Source: the human T2T-CHM13v2.0 reference genome, Homo sapiens. From it: DNA of 64,000 bases. How positions within the stretch are numbered: position 1 is the stretch's first letter; every line of letters begins with the position of its first letter. The position numbers and the translations under genes were made by a program. The stretch lies in NCBI RefSeq assembly GCF_009914755.1, contig NC_060926.1; one strand, 5' to 3'. The notes beneath the pieces are model-generated. The model did no database searches and had not been told where the DNA came from. It saw only the letters and a program-made list of their open reading frames with translations. Below, piece after piece: positions 29,770 to 44,804 of this stretch.

Positions 29770-29972
29770 CAAATGCACCACACCATACATACAAGTACCA
29801 CATACCAAATACACACACACTCTCTCTTGCACATTCTTACCCTCATGCACACGCTCTTCCACTTGCTCTCACACACACGTTCTCTTATACACTGTCTTCA
29901 CCTACTTACTTTCTTATACATACTCTCTTGCCCTGTCCTTCTTACACACTCACAGTCTCTTACACACACATA
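29770..29972. repeat. Degenerate CA/CT-rich low-complexity tract
   Basis: Repeated acacacac and tctcttatacac units. Confidence 0.7.
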
Positions 29973-31599
29973 TGCAATGCCAAGGACACAGAGGGCATTC
30001 TGCATGCTTTTACTTTCTTTTCTCCTGGGAAATAAGCCCAAGAGAAGTAGGCAGCAGAGTTTCTTTGATGAAAACCCTGTGAAATGTTGCTCACAGAGCT
30101 GCTTTCCACATGTTTTGGCCATAGCATTTGCAGTCGCAGATTAAATAGTGTATGTGTCTACTTAAATTTATCCTCCTTGCCCTCCATCCTCAAGTCAACC
30201 ATGCTGTGTTACTGGTTTCCCCTGCTTGCTGCCTGGATGATGATGGGTGATTTAACGTGACATATTTAGCAGGGTCTTTGGCCTGGACACCTGTCATCCA
30301 CGGTGCTCTCTCTTTCCTTGGAACTCACGGTTTGAGTCTGGCTTTTTGGTTGCAAGGGCCAAATTCCTCTTGGGTCCTCATACATCCTGGGCCTTTTTCT
30401 AAGTGTCACTGGAAGAAAATTAAATCCTGACCTTTCTAGAATGATCCATTGTGGTAACCAAGGGCAGCCATGTAAAGATAGGAAGTCCCCTTTCCTCTTG
30501 AGTTTGGCTCCCAAGATGGAGCTGAGAAGAAACCCTCCTGCATTTCTTTTTGGATGATGCTGGGGAAAGATTAAGTTATTAAGAACTTAAATTGGTCCTT
30601 TCTTGTGTCATATTTCCTTTTGCAACTTGTCCTAACTCTTCAATAAAGAACCTCACAAATCCCTGCCCAGCCTTATAGAGGTTTTTAGGAGAGAGAGAGG
30701 ACAGAGTGTGAAGGGGCAGGAAGGCTCCCCACCTCATCACCTTGGAGACTTCAGTGGGGAGGGGGCAGGAAAAAAGCATAGGACCCTCAAGTGGTGGCCC
30801 ACTGAGTCCTGGGGTGAGAAAGTCTCAGGTGGAGAGGAGAGGTCCTGGAGGGAGCTCCAGAAGGGCAGTCAAGGTGACCTCATGCATCATGGATATCTTG
30901 GTATTTAAGGGACGATGTCATGGGAACCCAGGCAGGGACCAAAGAGCCAGGCCTTGAGAAGAGCAGGATTGGAGATGGAGCTCAGAGCCCTGAAGGTGTT
31001 TATAAGCATTTGTAAACACGGACCTGTGCACCATCATTTTGGGGACTCTGTTCCTCGCACCGTCTGCTCATTTAGTGGCTCTCTTTGTTCGCTTGAATAA
31101 CTTCATTTAGCCCTCCAGATCCACCTTTCACCTTTCCCTTCCTGCTCTGTGCCTGGGAGGTTGGACCATGTAAAACAACGACCATTAGAAGCCAAGATAT
31201 GCAAATTGAGTTGATTAACTTGCCAGACAAAGGAATACACACCAGTGAATAAATCCACTGAGTTGTTCTCAGAGGTTGAAGAGTCAAGTGTTTTTTTTTT
31301 TTTGACTTCGGAAGAGGGTTTCAGGGTGGTTATCTCAATTAAGGATGGAAAACTACCACTCTTGTTAGGTGTGGGCCCGATTGGTTAAAACAAGTCCCAT
31401 TGTTCATTGGTGAAGAAGGAACCTGTAGAAGGGTCCAGGAAGGGCCTGGCTTACCTGAGTCATTCAAAATTCACAGTCGATTCTCCGTTTCAGCTCATCA
31501 GAACCAGTTGCAATACAACTCAAGCCCAGTTTTGCTATCTCCTCTGCAAAGTGCCACTATAAGGAGGACGCACTTGAATGGATTGTCCACTGGCTCTGG

Positions 31600-31957
31600 T
31601 TTGGTTTGACCAATAGAGGCAGGGCAGGAGAAAAGGAGGCAGGAGGAGGGTAAGGTTGAGGTGGCATTCCCCCAGCTCCTTTCCTGCGGGGTTGCTGTGG
31701 GTAAGCTGCAGCCCTCTGCCTAAGGCAGCTCTCTGAGTTCAGCTCCTCTCTCATGGTTCTGATACTCTTCCCTGCCTGGCCCCTCAGGCCCAGGGGTGGT
31801 AACAGACCTTGCTGTGACTAGCTCTCAAGTACTGCATCCTCCTTTATTAGTTCCCCTAAACCCTGCCCCTTGCTCTGAACATGAGCTCTTCATCTAACCT
31901 TTCTCAATTACTTGGTTTGAGTGTGCAGTCCTTTGCCTGCCAGGACCTTGACAGGTA
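31600..31957. mobile_element. Old ERVL-type LTR remnant
   Basis: ccctcaggcccaggggtggtaac...ttccctaaaccctgcc...tgccaggaccttgac. Confidence 0.5.
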
Positions 31958-32160
31958 GGTTGACAGGTACAACCTACAGTGGTTAATTTTTTTCTGCCTT
32001 CTTATTAATACTTTTTATATCCTCCAAAATTTAGCTTGCACATGGTCTGTCATGGTCCTGTCTTCTGCATTATGACTTTTCAGCTTTAGCTACTACTACT
32101 AAGGACCTCCATTCCTTTGCATTTCCAGTTAAATTTTTTGAGCAAGTATCAGATGGGCCC

Positions 32161-32617
32161 TGCATTAGTCGGGGTTCTCTAGAGGGACAGAACTAATAGG
32201 AGATATATGTGTATACATATGTATATATAAAGAGGAGTTTATTAAGTAGTATTAACTCACACAATCACAAGATTCCACAATAGGCTGTTTGCAAGCTGAG
32301 GGGCAAGGAAGCCAGTCTGAGTCCCAAAGCTGAAAAACTTGGGAGTCCAACGTTCGAGGACAGGAAGAATTCAGCATGGGAGAAAGATGTGGGTTCCGAG
32401 GCTAAGCCAGTCTAGCTTTTTCACATTTTCTCTGCCTGCTTTATATTTGCTGGCAGCTGATTAGATGGTGTCCACCCAGATTAAGGGTGGGTCTGCCTTC
32501 CTCAGCCCACTGACTCAAATGTTATTCTCCTTTGGCAACACCCTCACAGACATACCCAGGATCAATACTTTGCATCCTTAAATCCAATCAAGTTGACACT
32601 CAATATTAACCATCACA
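32161..32617 (-). mobile_element. MLT2A (HERVL) solo LTR
   Basis: tgcattagtcggggttctctagagggacagaactaatagg ... atccaatcaagttgacactcaatattaaccatcaca. Confidence 0.9.
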
Positions 32618-34163
32618 AGCTCAGAGCCTGCTCTTACATTTGGGCCACGTCATACAAGCCTTGTACACCTATAAATTGGCTCATTTGTTCAACACTCTTG
32701 GTTTCATCTCTTATGGCTAGGGGTGGTGGAAGTAACATAGCACAAAATGTGTGAGGTGGGGGCTGTGTGAGGGAGTGGTCTTGGCAAACGCTGTAGTGGA
32801 CATATACCTTTTAAAAATTGTCCTAAAATATGTATAACATGAAAGTTACCATTTTAGCCATTTCCTCCTAGCTTCATTAAGGTATAATTGACAATTTAAA
32901 ATTGTATATATTTATGGCATAAAACATGATGTTTTGTTATATGTATACATTGTGAAATAATGAATTCAAACTAATGAACATATCCAGGACCTCAAATACC
33001 AATCATTTCTTTGTGGTGAGAGCATTTAAGATCTACTCTCCTGGGAATTTTGTAGCATATAAAAATAGATTGTAGTATATAAAATCTACATGCCTGTAGA
33101 TTACAGGCATGAGAACTTATTCATCCTGTCTAACTGAATGTTTGTACCCTTCTTTGACCAACGTTTCCCCAATCCTCCCCCCATCTCCCACCCCCTTTAC
33201 CTCTGGTAGCTACCGTTCTACTCTGCTTCCATGAGTTCAACTTTTTTTGGTTCTACATGTAAGTAAATCATGCAGTATTTGCTTTTCTGTGCCTGACTTA
33301 TTTTACTTTGCACAACATTCTCCAGTTTCATCCATGTTGTTGCAAATTACAGGATTTCCTTCTTTTTAAAGGCTGAATAGTATTCCATTGTGTGTGTGTG
33401 GGTGTGTGTGTGTGTATGTTTGTGTGTGTGCATGTGTAGTCTACATTTTCTTTACTCATTCATTTGTCAACGAACACTTAAATTGATTTCATATCTTGAC
33501 TATTGCTAATAATACTGCAATATACATGAGAGTGCAGGTATCTCTTCAAGATAGTGATTTTATTTTCTTTGGATATGTACCCGAAATTGGGATTGCTGGA
33601 TCACATGATAGCTCTATTTTTAATTTGTGAGGCACCTCCATATGTTTTCTATAATGTCTGTACTAACTTGCATTCCCACCAATAGTGTACGAGGATTCCC
33701 TTTTCTCCACATCCTTGCCAACATTTGTTATCTTTTGACATTTTGATAATAACCATTCTAACAGGTGTAAAATGATAGCTCATTGTGGTTTTGATTTGCA
33801 TTTCCATGATGATTGATAATGTTGAGCATATTTTCATATGCCCATTGGCCATTTGTATGTCATCTTTTGAGAAATGTCTATGCAGGTCCTTTTGCCCATT
33901 TTTAAATTGGGTTATTTGTTTTCTTCCTATTGAATTGTCTGAGTTTTTAAAATATATTTTGGATATTAACCCTTTATCAGATGTATGATTTGCAAATATC
34001 TTCTCCCATTCTGCAGATTGTCTCTTCACTGTGTTGATTGTTTGCTGTGCAGAAACATTTTAGTTTGACGCAACCCCATGTTTGTTTTTGCTTTTACTGC
34101 CCGAGCTTTTGAGTCATATCCAAAAAAATCATTTCCTAGATCAATGTCAAGTGGCTTTTTCTT

Positions 34164-34457
34164 GGCCAGGAATGGTGGCTCAGGCCTATAATTCCAACAC
34201 TTTGGGAGGCCAAGGCAGGAGGATTGCCTGACGCCAGGAGTTTGAGATCAGCCTGGGCAACATAGCAATACCCTGCCTCTTCAAAAATGTTTTAAAAAAT
34301 AGCCAGGTGTGATGGTGCATGCCTGTAGTTCCAGCTACGTGGGAAGCTGAGGCAGAAGAATTGCTTAAGCCCAGGAGTTAGAGGTTACAGTGAGCTATGA
34401 TTGTGACACTGTACTTTGGCCTGAGTGACAGAGTGAAACTCTGTTTCAAAAAAAAAA
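34164..34457 (+). mobile_element. AluJ-like
   Basis: ggaggattgc, cctgggcaacatagc and gagctatgattg J-type diagnostics; poly-A. Confidence 0.9.
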
Positions 34458-34517
34458 GTGAGGGTTCGGTTTTATTTTTCTGCATGTGGATAAATTTTTT
34501 TCAATATTATTTATTGA

Positions 34518-35102
<585 letters not shown>

Positions 35103-35594
35103 CCAGGATTATTTTCTTTTAAATAATTTTTTAAGTGTATAAATTCAGTGTTATTAAATACATTTACAGTGTGTGCATGTGCAACCATCACTGCTATCCA
35201 TTTTCAGAACTTTTTTATCTTCCCAAACAGAAACTTTGCACCCTTAGAGGGTTTAATACAATAATTCCTCATTCTTCCTCTTCCTAGACCCTGGTATCCT
35301 CTATTTTATTTATGAATTTGCCTGTTCTAAGTAACTCACGCAAGTGAAATCATACAATAATTGTCCTTTTGTGCTTGGCTTATTTCACTTAACATAATGT
35401 CCTCAAAGCTTGACCACGTTTTAGCATGTATCAGAATTTCATTCCTTTTTAGGGTTAAAGAATATTTCATTGCACATATATGCAACATTCTGTCTCTTCA
35501 TTCATCTGTTCATGGACATTTGTGTTGCTGCCACCTTTCGGCAATTGTGAATAGTGCTTCTACAAACATTGGTGTACAAAACATATAACATTAA

Positions 35595-35741
<147 letters not shown>

Positions 35742-36254
35742 TAACTTTTAATCCATATCTATTTCCTTTTCCTGACTTACTTGTAGTCTCCTTGGGGGAC
35801 AGAACCACTTCTTGACTATGCTTGTATCCACAAAAGTGCTTAGCCCAGTTCTTTGCCCATAGGTTTCCATGGAGTCTGGGTGAAGTAGGGGGCCCTTTGT
35901 AGAGACCCTCCCCTTCCCTGAGGATCGGCCGGCTGTCCAGTTCAGTTACAAAGGGGGAGGAATGGCTTTGGAAACTGTCTATTCACATTAGCTTTTCACT
36001 TTCTGAAATGCCTCAATCATCTTTCTCAGGGTTGGATCCAATTTCTCTTCACTCTGAGGTAATTGTCTTTCTGCTCAGCCTTGCTGCAGTGAGCAGGTGA
36101 GCTGACAGGGCCAGAGTAGGCTGGAGAGCTTGTCTGCCTTGTTATTGTTCCAGGTGTCCTTGTACCAGACATGAGGTCGGGGAGAATAGAGTTCATGTTT
36201 TCTCTGTGCCAGCCTTGAGCCCTTGCTAACGACTTTCTTCATGAAAAGAGAAGT

Positions 36255-36465
36255 AGCTGACCATTACTCAGCACCTACTTGGCTTCGAGCACTTTCCTAG
36301 CATTCTACCTATGACTTTAATCTTCCCCACACCCCCATGATATAGGTATTATTCTATTTTACAGATGAAGAAACCGAGGCCCAGACACATTAAGTATCGT
36401 GCCAAAATCCAGTGGCATGGCCAGGACTTGGACTCCCATTCAAGCCCTTGCCATTTCTACTCAGC
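36255..36465 (-). mobile_element. MIR
   Basis: aggtattattctattttacagatgaagaaaccgaggcccaga. Confidence 0.75.
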
Positions 36466-37960
36466 CACGTTTACAAACACCTAGGGTTTGAATGGCGATG
36501 TCCGATGGCAGGCTGACCCTCCACTGCCCATCTGCAAGGGGCCTCTAGGAGCTACCAGCTGCCTCTCTTTCACCCGGATTTCACTGGATAATTTTGGAGT
36601 CACCTGACTGAGGGACCTGTCATAAGCATTCCCCCGCCCCCACATACCCTGTAGTGCTCTACACATAGTAGGCCCTCAATGAGTTCACAGAAAATTGAGT
36701 TGCAAATGAAAACAATTGGAAGTAGTTTTGATTAGGTGATTTCTTTTGGATGGGGACCAAGGTGGAGGAGAAATGGCTATAAAATAATTTGCCCTGGCGA
36801 TCATGCTGACATTGTTTCTTTTCATCTCTTTGTCAGAGCCTTATAAGAGTAGATGTTCGCTGGTCCCCATAAGTTGGAATCCAATCAAAGCACAGCAAAA
36901 CTTAGCCCTTTGATATCCTCTGTCAGCAGACTATAATTTTGAGAATTGCTTTTTTGATTGGCTATTGTGGCTGGGTAAGAAGAGGCTGGTGCTCAGGTAG
37001 GGCAGCAGAAATGCTTCTGGAATTCCAGTGGAGATCTGCTTTGAATGCTTGGTACTTATTCATGAGAACTCTTTTACACAGAATCGCACTTTCCTCACAA
37101 ATGAAAATATTTATATGATGGTATTCATGCAATTTGAAAAAAATTGCAGCAGGCAATGCTTCCCTTTCCTCTGTGCCTGGCATCTCAGAGTGTTTTCTTT
37201 CCTCCCCCAATATTAATGAAAAAGAAATCAAACTTTTGCAGGCTTCACTTAGTTGCTGCCTTTCAATCAGATAAATTTGCGACCTGAATATTTCCTTCTC
37301 CTCTTTCAGTATTCATGAAGGTCGCTTGCGGCTGGACTGGTGGATTTAAGCACTTGTGTAGTTCAGGAAAGACAGATTTATTCCCTGGGAGTTGCGTGTA
37401 ACTTACAACCTACATATTTCTGGCCCCTCCCCTGCTTTCCCCATCCTTTTTTCTGTCTTTGGATTTAGAAGGCATCATGATTTTCCCCCCCTGGTTTGCT
37501 GGTAGTACAACGTTAAGGAGCTTGGGTTTAAAATATTGATCTAGCTTCTCCCACAAAGACTTTGGTTGTTGAGTTTTGCAGCTTGGTATGGCTGACTGAA
37601 AGTGGTCTGGGTTGAAGTGGTCTGGGTTGAATTTGCTTAATAGGATGTTTCACTCCCCACGAGTCAATTTTTATCCACTTTATCAAGTTACTTATTGATT
37701 ACAGCTCTTGTCATGTGCACATTGGTTTGCTGGGAAACTTACATGTTTTGTTTCTTGCTTAGAGTAGGCTAGGAATGTCGCGAAGTCTAGTTCACCTGGC
37801 ACCCCAGATTCCCTCATGTTTAAAGAGGACTCCATTCTGTCTTAGGCACTTGGCTCAGAATTGCAAGAACGACATTGGTCGTCTTGAGTAGGAACACAAA
37901 TAAGAAGTTTGTGGGTTTCTTTTTTTTTTTCCATTTATTTTACTTTCTGGTAATGTGTAG

Positions 37961-38192
<232 letters not shown>

Positions 38193-38765
38193 GAGGCAAT
38201 CTCATTCTTGAGTAAAGGAAATAAAAGGAATGTACTGGAGCCGAAATTTTGGACTGGACAAGGGGAATAGAACAGAAACAAGTAAAGCTAACTGGTCAAG
38301 TTCAGGAGAGGATGGGGCTGGGTGTTTCATGCCTAAGAAGAAAGTGAGTTGGAGAAAGGAAGGATAATAAGCTTTCTGCTTTTGTACCTTAGGCCTGGCC
38401 AGCTTTTCAAACATCTTCACTGTCTTTAATTTGCTATCAGATATGGAAAAGTCCATCATGAAAGCAGTGGACTCTAATGAGCTTGATTTAGAAGATTTGG
38501 AATGCCTCAGTAGGTAATGTATTTCCCCAATTATTGGGGTTATTGCTGCCAAAGGAACAAAGAGCACCTAGGAACACACTAAAAATGGAAACATATATTT
38601 CTCTTGAATCTCAGCTTTGTATGTGCGAATGTTATTTCTAAGCCCAAGTCCAAGCAGAATAGTAAAGTTGTCTTTAGTGCTATCTTATCTCCATTTCTTT
38701 ACATAACTCAAAGTAGTGAATGATGTTACCCAGAATGTACATAATTTGACATTTATTTATATTAA

Positions 38766-39080
<315 letters not shown>

Positions 39081-39237
39081 AGAGAAAACATTATTTTATG
39101 TTATTAGTGTTTTCTTCTCTCAAAGTGTCAGCAACTAGAGGGCAGGCTTTGTACCTAGGAGGTACCAGCAATGAATATTCACTGTTACAGGCTGTCCAGT
39201 CTCAACACCTTTCTTTGTTTTGGAGAAATCCAAGTAC

Positions 39238-39765
39238 ACTAGCCAGCCTCTGAGAAAGCCGACACTGACCCCTGTCCCTTGTCTTCATGCTCTTGTATTG
39301 CCCCTTCTCACGTTGTGCCAGGGTTATTCTGTGTGACCAATAGCAAATGGCAGAAGTGAGGGTATGTGAGTATGAGGCTAGGTTATAGAAGACATTGTGG
39401 CTTCTGCTTTGCTGTCTCGGATCCCTTGCTCTGAGGAAAACCAGCTGCCGTGTTATGAGTGCACCCCAGCAGCTTGCTGGACAGGTCTACACGGTGAGGC
39501 ACCAAGGCCTTCTCCCAACAACTAGCTGACCATGTGAGTGAACCACCTGGGAAGTGCATCCTTCAGCCTCTGTAAGCTTCTAGATGACCACAGCCCCGCC
39601 CAGCTTCTTATCTGCAACTTCATGAGAGACTCTGAGCCAGAACTATCTAGCCAAACTGCTCCCAGAGTCCCAGTTTTCAGAAACTGTGTAGGAGAATGCA
39701 TATTTATTGTTTTAAGCTGCTAAATTTTGGGGTGATTTGTTGCATAGCAATAGATAGTTAATACA
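39238..39765 (+). mobile_element. MLT1F-like LTR
   Basis: gtgtgaccaatagcaaatggcagaagtga...ttttaagctgctaaattttggggtgatttgttgcatagcaatagatagttaataca. Confidence 0.85.
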
Positions 39766-40255
39766 TGAAGGAAGGCATGTCCCATCTCCCACAGTGCAAG
39801 CCAGAGGATGGTAGAAATTTTCTCTCCCAGCTTGGCACTAACTGGGACTAACTGGCAGTTCTTGGGCATGCAACCTTAGCTAAGCCAATTAGATATTTAC
39901 GCTTGGGTTTGTAATCTATGGTGGGCCAATCAAATGCTTGTTTTTGAGACTGACTCAGAGTCATAATAAAACAGAGGCCAGTTTAGAATTATCTCCTCCA
40001 GCAGCAGCAATAGCAGCAAATGGTGTCTCTAGTTGGTGGGGCCCTTGCGTGGTGCACGGTGTCTGTAGCCTGATTTTGCCATGGCATAATTTTGGATGTT
40101 GTTCTGCCTGTTTAGCCTCTGTTTGTTTCCCCCTGTTTTCAGAGTTGCATTATCTAGCCTTCCTAGTAATCCCTCCAATCCCTCCAATGAACTCATTTTT
40201 ATTTAAGTTAAACCAAATTAGTTTATATTTTATGCAACCAGGAACCGTGACTACG
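39766..40255 (+). mobile_element. Old ERVL LTR (LTR33/LTR16-like), probably interrupted by the MLT1F
   Basis: gctaagccaattaga ... ttaagttaaaccaaattagtttatattttatgcaaccaggaacc. Confidence 0.5.
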
Positions 40256-40499
40256 GCAGCATAGACGTACATTTTTATAACGATGGTGGGATCTTCTTTC
40301 TCAATGCGTCCATTGCACTGAACGCATGCTAGGCACACAGTGGGTGATGGGTAGATCTTTGTGGATTGTAGATCTAGTTAGTGAGTGTCTTTTTTTGTGT
40401 GTGTGACTCTATGATTTATTAGCAGCTTTGTGGAAATGGCAATGTAGTACTTGCTTTAAAGGAGTTTATAATCTAGACTAGAGATTGCTCACCGCCTGT

Positions 40500-40690
40500 A
40501 GCAATCTGGCCCAGGGATGTGGTGAGAAGAGGTCTCTCTCTCTGGAGGCTGAGCCACTCCACCTATTAGCTGTACAATTCGGGAAAAGTTTGACATCTCA
40601 GAGTTTCATTTATCTCACTGGCAATATCGCAACCCTTACCACACTGGCTTGCTGTGAGATTAGATCAGGTAACGTGTGAAAAGAGCACAC
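40500..40690 (+). mobile_element. MIR
   Basis: tattagctgtacaattcgggaaaagtttgacatctcagagtttcatttatctc. Confidence 0.6.
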
Positions 40691-41429
40691 TGCAGTCAAG
40701 GAAGGTCATTACTGAGCACTTACTGCTAAGCTCTGGTTCAGGGCTGGGCTGCCTTGCTCTGATAAATGAATGGTGAAATCTTGATCATCACTCACCTTTA
40801 CTTCTGCTCAGTTTCCTTATCTGAAAGATGAGCAAGTGGGATTGGAACTGTGGTTTTCAAACCTTTGTTTGTTTCTTCTCTTGAAAAACAAAATCGTATA
40901 TCGACTTCAACATGAAATAAATGGTATTTTATTAGCATGGATTTTAAAAATTAATTTGTCTATTGTAAACTCAGTCATGGAGAACAATGGGGGCTATTTT
41001 GATGAATGTAAACATTTGAAATTAGGATGCTGGATAACATTTGCAATCCAGGCTTACATATTAAATTTAATTCTGCAAATTATTTTGGATGTACATCAAT
41101 AAGAAACTCCTGTTTTATCTACATATGTAGTTGCAAATGGTAATTGTTTTCAATAGCACATTTTGTAGTCTCAGTCTAGTTAAACAGAGAAGGCAGGAGA
41201 AGCTTTGGTATGAAGACTGCACGAACAGGAGCTCCTGGAAGTACATGGTGATGTGCAGTGGGTTTAAGTGTGGTCTCCACCCCACGTAGGTGTGTTTGTG
41301 GAATCCTAGGGGAAGTAATTTACAACCTCCTGGAAAATAGATGATGCTATGGCTCATTTCAGCTCCCAGGTTTAGTGGATCTAAGGATTGACACAAGGTT
41401 GATATCTACGTAACACCAGTCAGTCATCT

Positions 41430-42540
41430 CTTTAACTTACAAAAGTAGTACGCGAACATATGCTCACTGCAAACAATTCAAACAACACAGAAGCATAAAG
41501 AATGAAAAGAATTTAACCCATGTGACCACTTCCCCTTATGTCTAGTTCCTTTCCCTTTTCTCTGGATCTTGTTGGTTGCTGTGCATTCACACACATACAC
41601 ACATAGGCTGTTTCTATTCACATAAATGGGATCATACTATATGTGTTATTCTGTGACCTTCTTCTCTCTCTCTCCCAACAACATCTCTTGGCAGGCATTC
41701 TATGAGAAAAGCTCTACCTTATCTTTTGAATCTCTTATTTAATATTTTATGATACAAATATTCATAATTCATTGTTCTATTAACAAATATTTAAAATATT
41801 TCCTATTTTTGTTATTATAAGCCGTGTTCTAATAATCACCCTTGTGTAGATATCTTTGCTGGTCTCTCAGTAGAATAAGTTCTGAAAATTGGAATTGCTC
41901 CATCAAAAGGAATGTACATATATTTTAAAATTTGATATATGGTCCAATTGCCCTTCCAAAAATCTGTGCCAATTTATACTCCACCAAGGATACACGAGAG
42001 GGCTTTTTGCCTACACTTCTGTCAGCATTGAATATTTTTCCTCTTATTAATTTCTGCCCATTTGATGGGTAAAAAAATCTTATTTTTGGGGGGCAGAGTC
42101 TTGCTGTATTGCCCAGGCTGGAGTGAAGTGGTGCAATCTTGGCTCACTGCAACCTCCACCTCTTGGGTTCAAGCGAGTTCTCATGCCTCAGCCTCCCAAG
42201 TAGCTAGGATTACAGGCACACGCCACCACACCTGGCTAATTTTTGTATTTTTGGTAGAGAGATGGTTTTGCCACATATTGGTCAGGCTGGTCTGAAACTC
42301 CTGACCTCGAGTGATCTGCCAGCCTTGGCCTCCTGAAGTGCTGGGATTACAGACGTGAGCCAACGTGCCTGGCCCCATATCTCATTTTAATTTACCTTTC
42401 TCTTGTTCCTAGTGAAGCTGAGCATCTTTCCATGCTTACTAGCAATGTATGGTTTTATTTTGATGCATTGCCTATGACTTTTGTTTCCCATTTTCCATTG
42501 GGATATAATAGCTTTTCAAATTCCTAATTGGTATCTCATG
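41430..42540 (-). mobile_element. L1ME-like 3' fragment
   Basis: taaatgggatcatactatatgtgttattctgtgacc; ggaattgct; ccaatttatactccaccaa. Confidence 0.7.
42081..42374 (-). mobile_element. AluS-like
   Basis: cagagtcttgctg...gtgagccaacgtgcctggcc. Confidence 0.9.
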
Positions 42541-44059
42541 TCTTTTAATCAGTATTTGATATACAAAACTATTCCAGAGAACCAACAAATCTGAATGGAT
42601 TTCTTGGAATTTGATGCAGCAGCAATTGATCATATAAGTAAAATGTTTCTATTCATTCGTTAGTTTACTCAATGAACATTAAACCGTTATTATTATGTGC
42701 TACATATTAGAAAAACTAAAATACCAAAGACAGCCTCCTTAAACTCAAGGTGCCCACAATTGACCTGAAGATAGATACTTTATCAATTATAATATTCTGT
42801 GATAAATACTCTGACAAGTATATCTGGGGAACTGTGGGAGTACCAGGTGCACCAGGTGTGGGTTATATGCACAGCATCATACCCTATTAACCCTGAAATT
42901 GAGCAGTGGAGGTAGCCATACATTTTTTTATATTAATATTTTTTAGGGAATACATTTTAGAAAGCTGAAATTTCAATAAATGCTTGAAAAGCTGGAGAGG
43001 GGGGCTTAGCAGCCTTAGGAAAAAAGAAAGAAAATGGCATGAGAGAAAGCCTTGAGTCTATGATGGGAAAGTTACTTGAGTAAGGGAGTGAGTAGGAGAG
43101 ATTGGGAGGAATAAAAGGGAAAGTGAGAAAGAAAAAGAAAAGATGATGAATAGTTCCTGAAGTTAAGAGGATCTTAATATAGATATTTATGGAGTTTAGG
43201 GGCAAGGAATTATAATGTCAAACAAGTCAAGGAAGAAGACTTCATAACTGCCACTGAAGATTTATGAATGCGGACCATTGCGGGAGGAGGCTGAGTCCCT
43301 GAGGGGAATTATATCAGCTTTCCTGGGAAGCAGTCAAGAGCGTGGCTAAAGAATTGAGTTTCAGGGCCAGGGAGAAATAAGCACTTACATTTTTTTTTAA
43401 GAGGTGAAAAGGCAACATTTAGTGTTAGAAAGTGGTAGCATAAGGATTAAAGCTGGGAATCATGATAATGGTTGTCTTAGCCTAGAGTTCTCTGAAAGAA
43501 GAGCCTGAGGCAAGCAAGGGCTAAAGTGCTGACACTATTTGGGAGGTTCAGGCTTAGGGCTGTGAGGATGAGGAAAAAAAGGAAGTGAGGCAAGATGTGA
43601 AACGCCAGTATGCAAAGCATGATTACACTGGTCATTGCTTCTCAATGAACCTCAACAAAACACAGATGCGGCAGGTCACTCAGCAGGTGTGTTTGCTTGG
43701 TAGTGGGACTTTTTGGGGAAGGACTGGAAAGAGAAACCACGTATTAAGGAGAAACTACATCTCAGAGTCGTCCACAAAAGAAATAAAGGGTGAAGAGTTT
43801 AATGGCCAGCCTCTTTCTTCCTCCTATTTTTCTTGTATCAAATTTCACTCCATGGGCAGTCGATTGCCCTGTGCTCCAGGTTGTGACATTCAGCATTTTA
43901 TCTGTGTCCAGAAGTTAAAGTGCTGACCAAGAAATGAAGGAGGCAGTTGAGGCAGGATGAGGAGGAGGGCAAGGTGGGTTTTTGTCCTGGCTAATTCTCA
44001 GGCTCTGGTCTCCAAATCCCTTAACTGTCATGAACGTTACTCATGTATGTCAGATCGGG

Positions 44060-44480
44060 ACAATGGCAGACCTGGACTCTCATCCCAGTTTGCCACTGAC
44101 TGGCTGTGTGGCCTTCAGGAGGTGACTTGCTCCTGCTGGTCTCAGCCTCCTTGTCTATAGAATGGGGAAGATGGAGTAGAGGGCCTCTAAGATTCCTCCA
44201 ACTGTCAATGTTCTTGGTATATCCTTTCTGGTCTTGCCTTGTAGAAGATAGCCAGGTACATTGAAGAGAACCTTGCATTCGTAGGGAGAAAGCCTTGCTT
44301 TGAGGCTTGGTTCTGTCAAATACTAGCCATGTGACCTTGGGCAGGTCATTCAGTTTCTTTGGGCTTCAGTTCTCTCATCTGTAAAATGGAAAATTAATAC
44401 TTGTTCTGCAGCATTGCTGTGACAATGAGTGTACGAGCATATTAACATGTACAGGCATAGTAGACACTCGATAAATATTG
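44060..44480 (+). mobile_element. Two MIR-family fragments
   Basis: actgactggctgtgtggccttcagg; atgtgaccttgggcaggtcattcagtttctttgggcttcagttctctcatctgtaaaatgg. Confidence 0.75.
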
Positions 44481-44804
44481 GTACAAAGTTTCATAGTGCT
44501 GTGAAGGTAACAGTAGGTGATAATGCAAAAGGAATTTATACATTAAAAGCTAAATTCAAATGCAAGTTACTACTTTACTATTAAATGGACAGAATTAAAT
44601 ACGGAGCAGTGGGAAAAATAGTCTAAGCCTGGATATGCAGAAAGCCAAAAGGATTTAATTAAACCAGTGGTAAACTTCAAACCAGACTATGCCACATGAA
44701 TTTGCCAAGCTCTGGAGTGAACTGAAATAATGAAATGTTGCATTTGTTTGTTGTTGTTATCAAGCTGCTGTGCACTAATTTTTTTTTTGATTTCCAGTAA
44801 TTCT

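Noticed and set aside
29593-30144. Several His/Thr-rich ORFs up to 157 aa
   Set aside because: Produced by CA-rich low-complexity sequence that is poor in stop codons.
33649-34029. 126-aa ORF
   Set aside because: Degenerate L1 ORF2 C-terminal fragment.
37599-37630. 16-bp tandem duplication aagtggtctgggttg, and similar short ones near 3211 and 18638
   Set aside because: Ordinary slippage micro-duplications with no further structure.
38202-38567. 121-aa minus-strand ORF
   Set aside because: Non-ATG start and no recognisable homology; the + strand exon-like segment is the better candidate here.
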